A DNA stretch of 64,000 nt from an uncultured Gemmatimonadales bacterium (GTDB lineage: Bacteria; Gemmatimonadota; Gemmatimonadetes; Gemmatimonadales; GWC2-71-9), in NCBI GenBank assembly GCA_963779755.1, contig CAVZZO010000001.1, positions 1,376,001-1,440,000 on the forward strand, in the 5' to 3' direction. The notes below the pieces were generated by a model, which saw only the letters and a program-made list of their open reading frames with translations, searched no databases and was not told where the DNA came from. Below, in pieces: positions 39,504 to 49,645 of this stretch. A program made the translations under genes and the position numbers. Position 1 is the first letter of the stretch. The number at the start of each line of letters is the position of its first letter.

Positions 39504-39576
39504 TCCCGAGTAGCTCAGTTGGTAGAGCAGGTGACTGTTAATCACCGGGTCGGGGGTTCGAGTCCCTCCTCGGGAG
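39504..39576 (+). tRNA. tRNA-Asn (GTT)
   Basis: TCCCGAG/CTCGGGA acceptor, GGTGA-CTGTTAA-TCACC, TTCGAGT; CCA not encoded. Confidence 0.96.
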
Positions 39577-39587
39577 CTGCTATACCG

Positions 39588-39627
39588 GCACCCTCTCGCT
39601 CGAAAGGACGGGAGGGTGTCTTCTGTT
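39588..39627 (+). terminator. Putative intrinsic terminator after tRNA-Asn
   Basis: CACCCTCTCG..CGGGAGGGTG then TCTTCTGTT. Confidence 0.55.
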
Positions 39628-39786
39628 GCGGCCCGGCATTGGCTGGACGACGCCAGTCTCGGGCCATATGTTGGCCTATCTGCTTCCCAGTTTCTCGCGT
39701 TTCTCCCTTGCCCTGACGGGCGAGCGGCTGCGCCAAAGCCCTTTCGCCAGCGGCATTCCACAGCGCAGGTTGTGGAGGAAATCCTC

Positions 39787-41607
39787 ATGACCGGAAATCT
39801 CCCCGCCCGAGCGCGCCCGGGGCCTCTCGCCCTGGCAGTGTGGTTCGGGCTGCTTGCGGGATTCGGCGAGTTGATGCTGCTCGCGGTGCGCCGGTTTGTT
39901 CTGCACCGGTTCCTCTTTATAGGACGCGATGTGCTGTGGATGGCACCAGCCGCGGATGTCTGCATCTTTGCGGTCGTTGGGCTGGTGTTCTGGGCCGTGT
40001 CGCGCCTGCCTCAGCGGCCGGAGGTGCGTCCGGTCGCGACGGGGGTGCTGGCCGGGCTGACCATGTTCACCCTGTTGCTCATGTACGGACCGCTGCATCG
40101 TCTTGCAGCCCTGCTCATCGCGGCGGGCGTGGGGGTTCAGACGGCGCGCCTGGTCCGGCCGCGGCTGCACCTGCTGAACCGGCTGGTACGGCGAACTCTG
40201 CCGGTGGGCGTTGCCGTGGTCATCGGCCTGGGTCTGGGGCTGCACGCGTATCTGTGGTGGGTTGAGCGCCGGATGGCAGCGGAGCGCCCCCAGGCGCAGG
40301 CCGATGCTCCGAACATTCTTCTGATCGTGCTGGACACCGTGCGTTCACTGGACCTGAGTCTCTACGGATACCAGCGGTCCACCACCCCTCATCTTGACGA
40401 GTGGGCCCGCAAGGGCACGATTTTCCTGCGGGCTCTTTCCGCCGCCCCATGGACGCTGCCTTCCCACGCGTCGATCATGACGGGGCACTATCCCCACGAC
40501 CTGTCCGCTGACTGGGAGGCTCCGCTGGATGGAACCTACCCCACGCTGGCCGAGGTTCTCGAGACATACGGTTACCGCACCGGCGGCTTCGTGGGGAATA
40601 TCGCGTATTGCAGCTACGAGACCGGAATCGGGCGCGGCTTTTCCCGTTACCAGGATTATGTCATCAATCCCACCAACCTCCTGCTCAGTTCTTCGCTGGC
40701 CAAACTGAGCCGTCGCACCAAGAATCTCCGGTATTCCGGCATCCGCAAGCAGGCGGACCTCGTCAACCGGGAATTTCTTACCTGGTTGGATGAGGACACG
40801 GTGAAGCGGCCCTTCTTCGCCTTCCTGAATTACTTCGACGCCCACGGCCCCTATGCGCCGCCCCCGCCCTATGACCGGATGTTCGCAGGTCCGGGCGACG
40901 GGCAGCGCCTCCAGCAAGACATTCGGGACATACCGGCGCGGGAGTGGACACCGTCAATGGTTCAGGCCGCGAGAGACGCGTACGACGAGTCGATCGCCTA
41001 CCTGGACGGACAACTGAGCCGCGTGTTCGATGTGCTCCAGCAGCGCGGCCTCGCCGATCGTACACTTGTCGTCCTTACGGCAGATCACGGAGAAGAATTC
41101 GGGCGGCACGGTCAGTTCTATCACGGGAATACCCTCTACCGCGCGGCCGTCCAGGTTCCTCTCGTTTTCGTCTGGCCGGGGCATATACCCGAAGGTCTTG
41201 ACGTGGACAGCCCGGTGTCCCTCAGAGACCTGGGCGCCACGATCCTGGCGCTTGCACTCCCTGCGGCGCGGCCGTTTCCCGGGCGCTCCCTCTCCCGGTT
41301 CTGGGATGGGACGTTTGCGGCGGATCGCCCCGACACCCTGCTCCAGGAAGTCAATCATGCCGTGGGACTCCCGAGAGACGCACCAGTCAGTCTTGGACCG
41401 ATGCGAGCGGTTGTGCTGAACGGCCTGCGACTGATCCGTCGCGGTGATGGACGCGAGGAACTCTTCGATTTTGATCACGATACGGCGGAGGGTCGGGATC
41501 TGAGCAACCAGAAGGGGGAGACTGCCGGGCTTGAGGAGCTCCGGGCTGCCCTGGACCAGTTGCTGCTCGGGGAAAGGTCCGGCACACTGTCTTCAAGGCG
41601 ACGCTGA
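39787..41607 (+). CDS. Membrane-anchored sulfatase-like hydrolase/transferase
   Basis: About 5 N-term TM, PNILLIVLDTVR, PWTLPSHASIMTG, DAHGPY, TADHGE. Confidence 0.88.
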   Translation: MTGNLPARARPGPLALAVWFGLLAGFGELMLLAVRRFVLHRFLFIGRDVLWMAPAADVCIFAVVGLVFWAVSRLPQRPEVRPVATGVLAGLTMFTLLLMYGPLHRLAALLIAAGVGVQTARLVRPRLHLLNRLVRRTLPVGVAVVIGLGLGLHAYLWWVERRMAAERPQAQADAPNILLIVLDTVRSLDLSLYGYQRSTTPHLDEWARKGTIFLRALSAAPWTLPSHASIMTGHYPHDLSADWEAPLDGTYPTLAEVLETYGYRTGGFVGNIAYCSYETGIGRGFSRYQDYVINPTNLLLSSSLAKLSRRTKNLRYSGIRKQADLVNREFLTWLDEDTVKRPFFAFLNYFDAHGPYAPPPPYDRMFAGPGDGQRLQQDIRDIPAREWTPSMVQAARDAYDESIAYLDGQLSRVFDVLQQRGLADRTLVVLTADHGEEFGRHGQFYHGNTLYRAAVQVPLVFVWPGHIPEGLDVDSPVSLRDLGATILALALPAARPFPGRSLSRFWDGTFAADRPDTLLQEVNHAVGLPRDAPVSLGPMRAVVLNGLRLIRRGDGREELFDFDHDTAEGRDLSNQKGETAGLEELRAALDQLLLGERSGTLSSRRR

Positions 41608-41717
41608 TCCGACGGCGCGAGACGTTTTCCGCTGACTCGCCGGTGGGCGTTCCCCCCGGTCGCGGAATACGGCGCCTCGCGGCAGATTTCGCCCTCTCAG
41701 CGGCTCCTCCTGCCGTC

Positions 41718-42635
41718 TCACGATGTGGTCTCCCGCTGCCCGTAGAGGATCTCCCCCACCCGCCGCAGCCGGTCAAGACCCCGGATTTCGTGGGGGAAGA
41801 GCGGAATGATGCCGATGGGAAGGTGGCCAGGGCGCTCCCGTAGCTCCTCCAGACGCGCCTGCTGCTGCGCCGCCTTCTCCCGCAGGAACGGCGAATCGGG
41901 ATGCTGGACGACGTTGTTGACGATCAGCCGATCCACGGTGAGGCCGTGGCGCGCCAACTCGGCGAAGACGCCTTCCAGCTGCCGCACGGCGAGCGCTTCG
42001 GGGATGGTCACCATGGAGAAGCGGACCTCGCGGCGCAGAAATTCCATACAGGCGCGCGCCAACTCGTCCCAGCGATGCAGGACCTGCATGACCGATTCCC
42101 GGCGCTCTCCCGATGTGCGGAGATGGGAATAGACCCGCGGCGCGAGGCGCAGATGCTCGGCCAGCATGGCCGGCGTCTCCAGCAGCGCCAGCGTCTGTCC
42201 CAGGGGCGCGGTATCCCACACGATGTGGCGGTAGCGGCCCTGAAGCGCGATGCGCCTGATGTGATCCACCATGAACTCTTCGTTGAGCCCCGGCAGGACC
42301 GACGTCATGAACGCCACGAAGGTGGCGTAGTCGATGTCCACGAAGGCCGAGAAGACGGCGTAGACCTCCCGGCCGAAGCGTTCGTCCCACATCGCCCGGA
42401 CCTCTTCCAGCCCCAGCTCGGTCAACACCAGCCCGGGGAGCAGCTCCCGCTCGTGCTGCCGGCCCTCCAGCTCGAAGATGTGCGAGAGAGAAGGCGTCGG
42501 ATCGGTGGACAGCACCAGGCTCCGATCACCGGCTTCGGCGTGGTGCAGGGCCGTCGCGGCGGAGCAGGTCGTCTTGCCCACGCCGCCCTTGCCGAGGAAG
42601 ACGTGGGTGCGGATGGGGCCGGGGGTCTCAGGCAT
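41718..42635 (-). CDS. ArsA/Get3 family ATPase, single domain
   Basis: GKGGVGKTT, STDP..SLS, PGLNE, DTAP.G, LIVNNV. Confidence 0.88.
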   Translation of the reverse strand: MPETPGPIRTHVFLGKGGVGKTTCSAATALHHAEAGDRSLVLSTDPTPSLSHIFELEGRQHERELLPGLVLTELGLEEVRAMWDERFGREVYAVFSAFVDIDYATFVAFMTSVLPGLNEEFMVDHIRRIALQGRYRHIVWDTAPLGQTLALLETPAMLAEHLRLAPRVYSHLRTSGERRESVMQVLHRWDELARACMEFLRREVRFSMVTIPEALAVRQLEGVFAELARHGLTVDRLIVNNVVQHPDSPFLREKAAQQQARLEELRERPGHLPIGIIPLFPHEIRGLDRLRRVGEILYGQRETTS

Positions 42636-42698
42636 GTCCAAAGCTAGACCTGCCGCACAGCGGGGCCCACCGCCAGGCCTGGCCGCCGGCTGTTCATC

Positions 42699-42727
42699 TT
42701 GACGGCGGGCCACTTCCTCGGCACATT
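42699..42727 (+). promoter_or_regulatory. Putative trp operon promoter
   Basis: TTGACG-N17-CACATT, 7 nt before leader ATG. Confidence 0.65.
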
Positions 42728-42734
42728 GCTACCC

Positions 42735-42818
42735 ATGCACACGTCGCACCCTTCGCTTACCCGGACGTGGTGGCCCTGGCGCGGTTGTTCCCGCGGTGGG
42801 CCTGTGTGTGCCTTGTAG
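42735..42818 (+). CDS. trpL: Trp operon leader peptide (27 aa, MHTSHPSLTRTWWPWRGCSRGGPVCAL)
   Basis: Three Trp codons (WWPW) directly upstream of a terminator and the trp operon. Confidence 0.85.
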   Translation: MHTSHPSLTRTWWPWRGCSRGGPVCAL

Positions 42819-42852
42819 CGTCCAAACCTGCAGTTCCGGACCCGGCAGCCTG

Positions 42853-42883
42853 AGCCCATCGCGAATGCGATGGGCTTTGTGTT
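42853..42883 (+). terminator. Attenuator terminator
   Basis: AGCCCATCGC-GAAT-GCGATGGGCT-TTGTGTT; CGCGGTGGGC (42792-42801) can sequester the 5' arm. Confidence 0.85.
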
Positions 42884-42932
42884 GGTAACCGCCGGGTGCG
42901 TCCTGCCGCCCGGCTCTCCGTGAGAGGCGGGC

Positions 42933-43946
42933 ATGATCATCGTCCTGAAACCCGATACCCCCAAGGCGCATGCCGAGCGGCTGATGCAGCGCATCCAGGC
43001 GCTGGGGCTGCGCCCCCTCTGCATGCCGGGCGAGGAACGCGTGGTGCTGGGGGCGCTCGGCGACGAGCGCACGCTCGAATCGCTGCATCTCGAGAGCGAT
43101 CCCCAGGTGGAGAGCGTCAAGCCGATTCTTTCACCCTACAAACTGGTCAGCCGGGAGCTGCATCCGCCCGACACGGTCGTTTCGCTGGCTGGGGTCCAGG
43201 TCGGCGGCCGCGGGTTTACGGTGATCGCCGGGCCCTGCGCGATCGAGTCGCCGACGCAGATGCTGGAGACCGCCCGCCAGGTCCGGGCCGCGGGGGCGCA
43301 TGCACTGCGGGGAGGAGCCTACAAGCCGCGGACCAGCCCCTACTCCTTCCAGGGACTGGGACTCGAGGGACTGCGAATCCTGCACGAGGTATCGCGGGAG
43401 TGCGGGCTGCCGGCCGTTACCGAAGTGGTGGAGGTGGCGGATGTGGAAGTGGTGGATCGCTATGCCGACGCCTTTCAGGCCGGCGCGCGCAACATGCAGA
43501 ACTACCGGCTGCTGCAGGCGCTGGGCCGCAGCCGCAAGCCGGTAGTCCTGAAGCGGGGGCCGGCCGCCCGGATCGAGGATCTCCTGCTCTCGGCGGAGTA
43601 CATCCTGGCCGAGGGCAACCCCAACGTGATCCTGTGCGAGCGGGGCATCCAGACCTTCGAGACCGCCACCCGGAATACCCTGGATCTCAGCGCCATCCCG
43701 CTCATCAAACAGCGCAGCCACCTGCCGGTGCTGGTGGACCCGTCCCACGGGACCGGTCTGCGGGAGCTGGTAGCCCCCATGGCCAGGGCCGCCCTGGCAT
43801 GCGGCGCCGACGGGCTGCTGCTCGAGGTGCACTGTGATCCGCCGGCCGCCCTCTCGGACGGGCGCCAATCGCTCTTCCCCGACCAGTTTGCCCGGCTCAT
43901 GCGGGAGCTGGAGCCGTTCGCCCGCGCGGCGGGGAAGGAATTGTGA
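42933..43946 (+). CDS. aroF: DAHP synthase, type I-beta with N-terminal regulatory domain
   Basis: IAGPCAIE, RGGAYKPRTSPYSFQG, ARNMQN, CERGI, DPSHG. Confidence 0.94.
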   Translation: MIIVLKPDTPKAHAERLMQRIQALGLRPLCMPGEERVVLGALGDERTLESLHLESDPQVESVKPILSPYKLVSRELHPPDTVVSLAGVQVGGRGFTVIAGPCAIESPTQMLETARQVRAAGAHALRGGAYKPRTSPYSFQGLGLEGLRILHEVSRECGLPAVTEVVEVADVEVVDRYADAFQAGARNMQNYRLLQALGRSRKPVVLKRGPAARIEDLLLSAEYILAEGNPNVILCERGIQTFETATRNTLDLSAIPLIKQRSHLPVLVDPSHGTGLRELVAPMARAALACGADGLLLEVHCDPPAALSDGRQSLFPDQFARLMRELEPFARAAGKEL

Positions 43947-45502
43947 CGATGGTGCGCTCCCTGCGCCGCGTTCTCCCGGCGACGCCCGATCCCTGTGCAC
44001 TGTATGGAGCGTTGACCAGCGCCGGCGCCATGCCCGGTACGTTCCTGCTCGAATCGGCCGACCTGGCCGCCGGCACCGGGGAGCGGAGCCTGCTGGGCGT
44101 GCGGGCCGCGCTCCGGATTGTCTGCCACGGCCGGCGTGTGATCGTCGAGGCCCGGAGCGCCAACGGCCAGGCGCTGCTGCCGTTCCTGGGACGGCGTCTG
44201 GCCGCGACGGCGACGGTGCACCGGCGTGCGGATGCAATCGAGGCATGGTATCCGGAGGTCCCGGACGGGTCGCTGGACGAAGCGGCGCGGCTCCGACGCC
44301 CCTCGCCCCTGGACGCGCTCCGTATCGCGATTCTGGGTGCGGAGGTGCAGGCGGAGGGCGGCAGTTCCGAACTACTCGCGGCCGGCACCTTTTCCTATGA
44401 CCTGGTCGAACTGTTCGAGCATCTGCCCGCCGGGCGGCCGGAGGCGGCCGCCACGCCGTTCTTCGAGTTCTGGGTCCCCGACCGGCTCATCATCGTCGAT
44501 CATTTGCGCGGGCAGACGGTGGTCATGGCCCTGGCCTGCGGCCCGGAGGATACCCATTACCACGATGCGGTGCGTGCGGTAGGGAGCCTGGCCGCGGCCG
44601 TGGAACGCGCGGCCGTCAACCCACTGCCGGCGGAGGCGCCTGCCGGAGGCCCTTTGCCCGAGCCGTCCGTGGATCTCGATGATGCCGGGTTCGCGGATCT
44701 GGTGGGGGCGCTCCAGCGCCATATCCTCGCGGGCGACGTTTTTCAGATCGTACCGTCCCGCTGTTTTTCGCTGCCCTGCGCCGGCTCTCCGCTCCAGGCT
44801 TATCGCCGGCTCCGCGCGGCCAATCCGAGTCCCTGCCTCTTCTTTGTAGCCGGCGATGCGGGAACCCTCTTTGGCGCCTCGCCGGAGCCGGCGGTGCGTG
44901 TCTCGGGACGGGCCCGCCGGGTTACGGTCCGTCCCATCGCCGGGACGGCGCCGCGCGGCCGGACGCCTGACGGGCGCCTCGATCCGGATCTGGACGTTCG
45001 GCTGGAGGCGGCATTGCACCAGGACCCGAAGGAGTTGGCCGAGCACATGATGCTGGTAGACCTGGCGCGCAACGATGTCGCCCGGATCTGCCAACCCGGA
45101 TCCCGCGAGGTCACCCGATTGCTTACGGTGGACCGCTACAGCCGCGTGATGCACCTGGTTTCCGAAGTCCAGGGTACGCTTGCCGGGGAGTGGGATGCGC
45201 TGCACGCCTATGCGGCGTGCATGAACATGGGAACGCTGGTAGGTGCCCCCAAGCTGCGGGCGGCGGAGCTGCTGCGGGAATTCGAGCCGTCCCGCCGAGG
45301 CGTTTACGGCGGAGCGGTCGGATACCTGGCGCAAAGCGGCGATCTCGATACCGCCATCGTCATCCGGGCCGCGGTGGTGCGTGACGGCATCGCCACCGTC
45401 CGCGCCGGTGCCGGGGTGGTACACGGTTCGCGTCCACTGGCCGAAGCGCGAGAAACCCGGCTGAAGGCGGAGGCGGTGCTGCGCGCCGTGGCGGCATGCT
45501 GA
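43943..45502 (+). CDS. trpE: Anthranilate synthase component I
   Basis: LLESA, GDVFQIVPSR, NPSP, PIAGT, AEHMMLVDLARND, MNMGTL.GAPK. Confidence 0.95.
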   Translation: MTMVRSLRRVLPATPDPCALYGALTSAGAMPGTFLLESADLAAGTGERSLLGVRAALRIVCHGRRVIVEARSANGQALLPFLGRRLAATATVHRRADAIEAWYPEVPDGSLDEAARLRRPSPLDALRIAILGAEVQAEGGSSELLAAGTFSYDLVELFEHLPAGRPEAAATPFFEFWVPDRLIIVDHLRGQTVVMALACGPEDTHYHDAVRAVGSLAAAVERAAVNPLPAEAPAGGPLPEPSVDLDDAGFADLVGALQRHILAGDVFQIVPSRCFSLPCAGSPLQAYRRLRAANPSPCLFFVAGDAGTLFGASPEPAVRVSGRARRVTVRPIAGTAPRGRTPDGRLDPDLDVRLEAALHQDPKELAEHMMLVDLARNDVARICQPGSREVTRLLTVDRYSRVMHLVSEVQGTLAGEWDALHAYAACMNMGTLVGAPKLRAAELLREFEPSRRGVYGGAVGYLAQSGDLDTAIVIRAAVVRDGIATVRAGAGVVHGSRPLAEARETRLKAEAVLRAVAAC

Positions 45503-46083
45503 ACGTCACGTTCATCGACAACCGCGATTCGTTCATCTGGAACCTGGTGGACGAGTTCACCCGGCGCGGAGCCCGCGCGACGGTCTACCGGAACACGGTC
45601 GAGAGCGGCCTGGTGCTGGCGGAGCTGGAGCGGGCGCAGCCCGCGCTGCTGGTTCTCTCCCCCGGCCCCGGGCGGCCGGCGGGCGCCGGGTGCTGTGCCG
45701 AGCTGGTGCGGCTCGCTGCCGGCCGGATTCCCACGTTCGGCGTCTGTCTGGGCCATCAGGTCATGGTGGAGGTGCTGGGGGGCCGCGTCGCGCCGGCGGA
45801 CGCCGTGGTCCATGGGCGGGCCATGCCCGTATGCCATCGGGGTGGGCCGCTCTTCACCGGGGTGCCTTCGCCCTTCCTGGCGGGCCGCTATCACTCGCTC
45901 GCTGCGGAGCGCCTGCCGGAGTCGCTGGACTGTGTGGCCAGCGCCGGGGAAACCGTGATGGCGGTGCAGCACCGCGGCGCGCCCATGCTGGGCGTGCAGT
46001 TCCATCCCGAGTCGATCCTCACGCCGGACGGCGGCCGCATTATCGAGAACGTCATCCAATGGGCTGCCCATGCAGGTCGCTGA
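45496..46083 (+). CDS. trpG: Anthranilate synthase component II
   Basis: IDN.DSF..NL, SPGPG, GVCLGHQ, RYHSL, QFHPES. Confidence 0.95.
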   Translation: MLNVTFIDNRDSFIWNLVDEFTRRGARATVYRNTVESGLVLAELERAQPALLVLSPGPGRPAGAGCCAELVRLAAGRIPTFGVCLGHQVMVEVLGGRVAPADAVVHGRAMPVCHRGGPLFTGVPSPFLAGRYHSLAAERLPESLDCVASAGETVMAVQHRGAPMLGVQFHPESILTPDGGRIIENVIQWAAHAGR

Positions 46084-47083
46084 AGCGCTGGAAACGCTGG
46101 CGCGCCGCATGCCCTCCAGGCAAGAAAGCCTGGCGCTCTTCCGCCGCTTGCTCACCGGCGGCTACAGCGAGCCGCAGATGGCGGCCATCCTCGCGGGCCT
46201 GAAGACCCGGGGAGAAACGCCCGAGGTCATGGCCGGGGCAGTGGAGGCGCTGCTCGAGGCGGCGGTGCCGTTTCCGCGCCCCGACTACCCCTACGCCGAC
46301 TGCTGCGGGACCGGCGGTGATGGGGCGGGCACCGTGAACATTTCCACGGCCGCGGCGTTCGTGGCCGCGGAGCTGGGCATTCCGGTTGCGAAAGCGGGCA
46401 ATCGTTCCGTGTCCTCCCGGTGTGGCTCTGCCGACCTGCTGGAGCGCCTGGGAGTCCGGCTGGACCTGGGGCCGGAGGAGGCCCGCGCCTGTCTCGACCG
46501 GGTCGGTCTGTGTTTCGTCTACGCGCCCCGGTACCATCCCGGCCTCCGGCATGCCGCACCGGTGCGGCGCGCCCTGGGAGTCCGCACGGTCTTCAACCTG
46601 GTCGGCCCGCTGGCCAACGCTGCGCGGCCCACCTGGCAGCTCATGGGGGTCTACGACCCGGCATGGTGCGAAGCATCCGCCCGCACCCTGTCGCTGCTGG
46701 GCCGTACCGCGGCGCTGGTGGTGCATGGCAGCGGGCTGGATGAACTGGCTCTGCACGGGCCGAGCACCGGATGGCTGCTGCGGGAAGGAATGCTCCGGCC
46801 CGTGACGCTCACGCCGGAAGCGGCGGGACTGCGGCGGAGCCCGCTGGCCGCGCTCGCTGGCGGCGACGCCCAAGCAAATGCAGCCTGGCTGGAAGAGGTG
46901 CTGCTCGGCAGGGCGCCTCGAGCCCACTGTGACGCGGTGGCCCTGAATGCTGGAGCATTGGCCTGGGCGGTTGGTGTGGCCGGCGATCTGCGCGCGGGAG
47001 CCGCCATGGCTCTCGACGCGCTCGCCACCGGCCGTTGTCTCGACCGCCTGCACCGGCTGGTGGAGTTCCCGCGGCATGCTTGA
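46070..47083 (+). CDS. trpD: Anthranilate phosphoribosyltransferase
   Basis: CGTGGDG..TVNIST, K.GNRS.SS..GSAD, RTVFN..GPL, GLDE. Confidence 0.95.
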   Translation: MQVAEALETLARRMPSRQESLALFRRLLTGGYSEPQMAAILAGLKTRGETPEVMAGAVEALLEAAVPFPRPDYPYADCCGTGGDGAGTVNISTAAAFVAAELGIPVAKAGNRSVSSRCGSADLLERLGVRLDLGPEEARACLDRVGLCFVYAPRYHPGLRHAAPVRRALGVRTVFNLVGPLANAARPTWQLMGVYDPAWCEASARTLSLLGRTAALVVHGSGLDELALHGPSTGWLLREGMLRPVTLTPEAAGLRRSPLAALAGGDAQANAAWLEEVLLGRAPRAHCDAVALNAGALAWAVGVAGDLRAGAAMALDALATGRCLDRLHRLVEFPRHA

Positions 47084-48455
47084 GGAAATCCTGGCGCACA
47101 AGCGCGCCGAGCTGGCCGAGCGCCGTCGCCGGCTCTCGTACGAGTCGCTGCTGGGGCGCGCTCGGGCCACCACAAGGGATTTCGAACATTCTCTGCGGTC
47201 CCGGCGGCCCGGCTTCATTCTGGAGGTCAAGACGGCATCGCCCTCCGCCGGGGCTCTGCGGCCGGAGAGCGAGCTCGAGCCGGTACTGGCCGCGTATGCC
47301 GCCCATGCCGATGCGATCAGCGTCCTGACCGACGAGCACTTCTTCGGCGGATCGCTGGCGCGTCTGCGTGCCGTCCGGCGCCGGGTGCGCCAGCCGCTGC
47401 TCTGCAAGGATTTCATCCTCGATCCTTACCAGGTGGCGGAAGCGCGCGGCGCCGGCGCGGATGCCGTGCTGCTCATCCTTGCGGCGCTCTCCGACGCCCA
47501 GTGGCGCGACTGCGCGGCGCTGGCATGCCGGCTCGGCATGGCGGTGCTGACGGAGGTTCACGACGCCGCCGAAGCGGCGCGAGCCGTTGCACTGGGGGCG
47601 CGTGTGATCGGCATCAATAATCGTGATCTCCGCACTCTGGCGGTCGACCCGGGGACAGTGGCCCGGCTCGCGCCGCGGCTTCCGCCCCGCGTGCTGGTGG
47701 TGGCGGAGTCCGGCATCGCCACGCGGGAAGACGCCGAGCGCCAGGCGCGACAGGCCGATGCCATGCTCATCGGCAGTGCCGTGATGCGTTCGTCCGCTCC
47801 GTCGCGGACGGTGCGACGCCTGGTGTTCGGGCGAACCAAGATCTGCGGTCTCACCAGTCCCGACGATGCCATGGCGGCCGCGGCGGCGGGCGCAACGCAT
47901 GGTGGCCTGGTCTTTGTCCCGTCGTCGCCTCGCCGGGTGGAGCCCGAGGCCGCGCGCGCCATCGCCGAATCGGCAGATCTCGACTGGGTCGGGGTCTTCG
48001 CCGATGCGTCGCCGGCGCTGATGGCCTCCCTGGCGCGCTCCCTCAATCTGGCCGCAGTGCAGCTGCACGGCCGCGAGGACGCCCGGGCGGTGGCGGCGGT
48101 GCGTGCCGCGCTGCCGCCCAGCTGCCGGATCTGGCAGGCGGCGCGGGTCGCGGGGTGCCTCCCGGCCGGCCCCGCGCCGGCTGTGGACCGCCTGCTGTTC
48201 GACACCTGGGTGCCCGGCCGGGCGGGCGGGACCGGCCGGTCGTTCGACTGGTCGCTGCTCGACGGTTATCCGGCACGCGCCGAGGTCGTCCTGGCCGGAG
48301 GCATTCATCCGGGGAATGTCGAACGTGCGGCCGCCCTGGGGGTTCATGCCTTGGACGTGAGCACCGGAGTGGAACGGAGTATGGGCCGGAAGGATGCCGC
48401 GCTCATGGCTGTCCTGCTCGAGCGACGGCGGAGATTGCCGGGGAGGCGAGCGTGA
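47076..48455 (+). CDS. trpCF: Fused indole-3-glycerol-phosphate synthase / phosphoribosylanthranilate isomerase
   Basis: [25 protein letters not shown], then KICGLT, QLHG.E, GGTG.SFDW, LDVS.GVE. Confidence 0.95.
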   Translation: MLEEILAHKRAELAERRRRLSYESLLGRARATTRDFEHSLRSRRPGFILEVKTASPSAGALRPESELEPVLAAYAAHADAISVLTDEHFFGGSLARLRAVRRRVRQPLLCKDFILDPYQVAEARGAGADAVLLILAALSDAQWRDCAALACRLGMAVLTEVHDAAEAARAVALGARVIGINNRDLRTLAVDPGTVARLAPRLPPRVLVVAESGIATREDAERQARQADAMLIGSAVMRSSAPSRTVRRLVFGRTKICGLTSPDDAMAAAAAGATHGGLVFVPSSPRRVEPEAARAIAESADLDWVGVFADASPALMASLARSLNLAAVQLHGREDARAVAAVRAALPPSCRIWQAARVAGCLPAGPAPAVDRLLFDTWVPGRAGGTGRSFDWSLLDGYPARAEVVLAGGIHPGNVERAAALGVHALDVSTGVERSMGRKDAALMAVLLERRRRLPGRRA

Positions 48456-49645
48456 GCGTGAGCGCGGGCCGGCTGGGCCGGCCGGGCCGGTTCGGCGGGT
48501 ACGGTGGGCGGTATGTGCCGGAGATTCTGGTGCCGGCGCTCACCGCGCTGGAGCAGGGCTTCGGCGAGGCCATGGCCGATGCCGATTTCCAGGCCCAGCT
48601 GGGCGATCTCCTGCGCAATTACGCTGGGCGCCCGACGCCTCTGTATCGCTGCCGCAGGCTCCGGGCCGGCGCTACGGAGATCTATCTCAAGCGGGAAGAC
48701 TTGTTGCACGGCGGCGCCCACAAGACCAACCAGGCGCTGGGACAGGGACTGCTGGCCCGCCGGCTGGGCAAGCGGCGACTCATTGCGGAAACCGGCGCGG
48801 GCCAGCACGGGGTCGCCACGGCCATGACCGGCGCCGTGCTGGGGCTACCGGTACGGGTGTACATGGGTGCCCGCGATATGGAACGGCAGCAGACCAACGT
48901 GCTGCGGATGCAGCTCATGCGCGCCGAGGTGGTGCCGGTGACGGCGGGCTCGGCCACGCTCAAGGAGGCCATCAACGAGGCCCTGCGCGACTGGTCCGCC
49001 AGCTACGACGAGACCCACTATCTCCTGGGCACGGTGGCCGGTCCGCACCCCTATCCCACCATGGTCCGTGAATTTCAGCGGGTGATCGGCGACGAGGCCC
49101 GGGCACAGTTCCTTGCGGCCGAGGGGCGCCTGCCGGATCTGGTGATCGCCGCTGTCGGTGGCGGCTCCAACGCCATGGGCATCTTCACGGCTTTCCTGTC
49201 CGATGCCGGCGTGCGGTTACGGGCGGTCGAGGCCGCCGGCGCCGGCCTCGAGACCGGCCGGCACGGAGCTACCCTGGCGCGCGGTACCCCGGGCGTTCTC
49301 CATGGCGCGTTGACCCGGGTCCTGCAGGATGCCGAGGGCCAGATCCGCGAGAGCTATTCCATCAGCGCGGGGCTCGATTACCCGGCGGTTGGGCCGGAGC
49401 TGACGGCCCTGGCCGAAGCTGGGCGGGTGGAGACGGCCGCCTGTGACGACCATGCGGCCGTGGCGGCCTTCCATGACCTGGCGGAGCATGAGGGCATCCT
49501 GCCCGCGCTGGAATCGGCGCATGCACTGGCGGAAGCACTGGAGGCCGGCCGGCGCGGTGAAGGGGCGCGGATCCTGGTGAATCTCTCGGGCCGGGGTGAC
49601 AAGGATCTTGCGACCATCGAGAAGTGGAACGGGAGCCGCGGATGA
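48452..49645 (+). CDS. trpB: Tryptophan synthase beta chain
   Basis: [45 protein letters not shown]. Confidence 0.97.
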   Translation: MSVSAGRLGRPGRFGGYGGRYVPEILVPALTALEQGFGEAMADADFQAQLGDLLRNYAGRPTPLYRCRRLRAGATEIYLKREDLLHGGAHKTNQALGQGLLARRLGKRRLIAETGAGQHGVATAMTGAVLGLPVRVYMGARDMERQQTNVLRMQLMRAEVVPVTAGSATLKEAINEALRDWSASYDETHYLLGTVAGPHPYPTMVREFQRVIGDEARAQFLAAEGRLPDLVIAAVGGGSNAMGIFTAFLSDAGVRLRAVEAAGAGLETGRHGATLARGTPGVLHGALTRVLQDAEGQIRESYSISAGLDYPAVGPELTALAEAGRVETAACDDHAAVAAFHDLAEHEGILPALESAHALAEALEAGRRGEGARILVNLSGRGDKDLATIEKWNGSRG

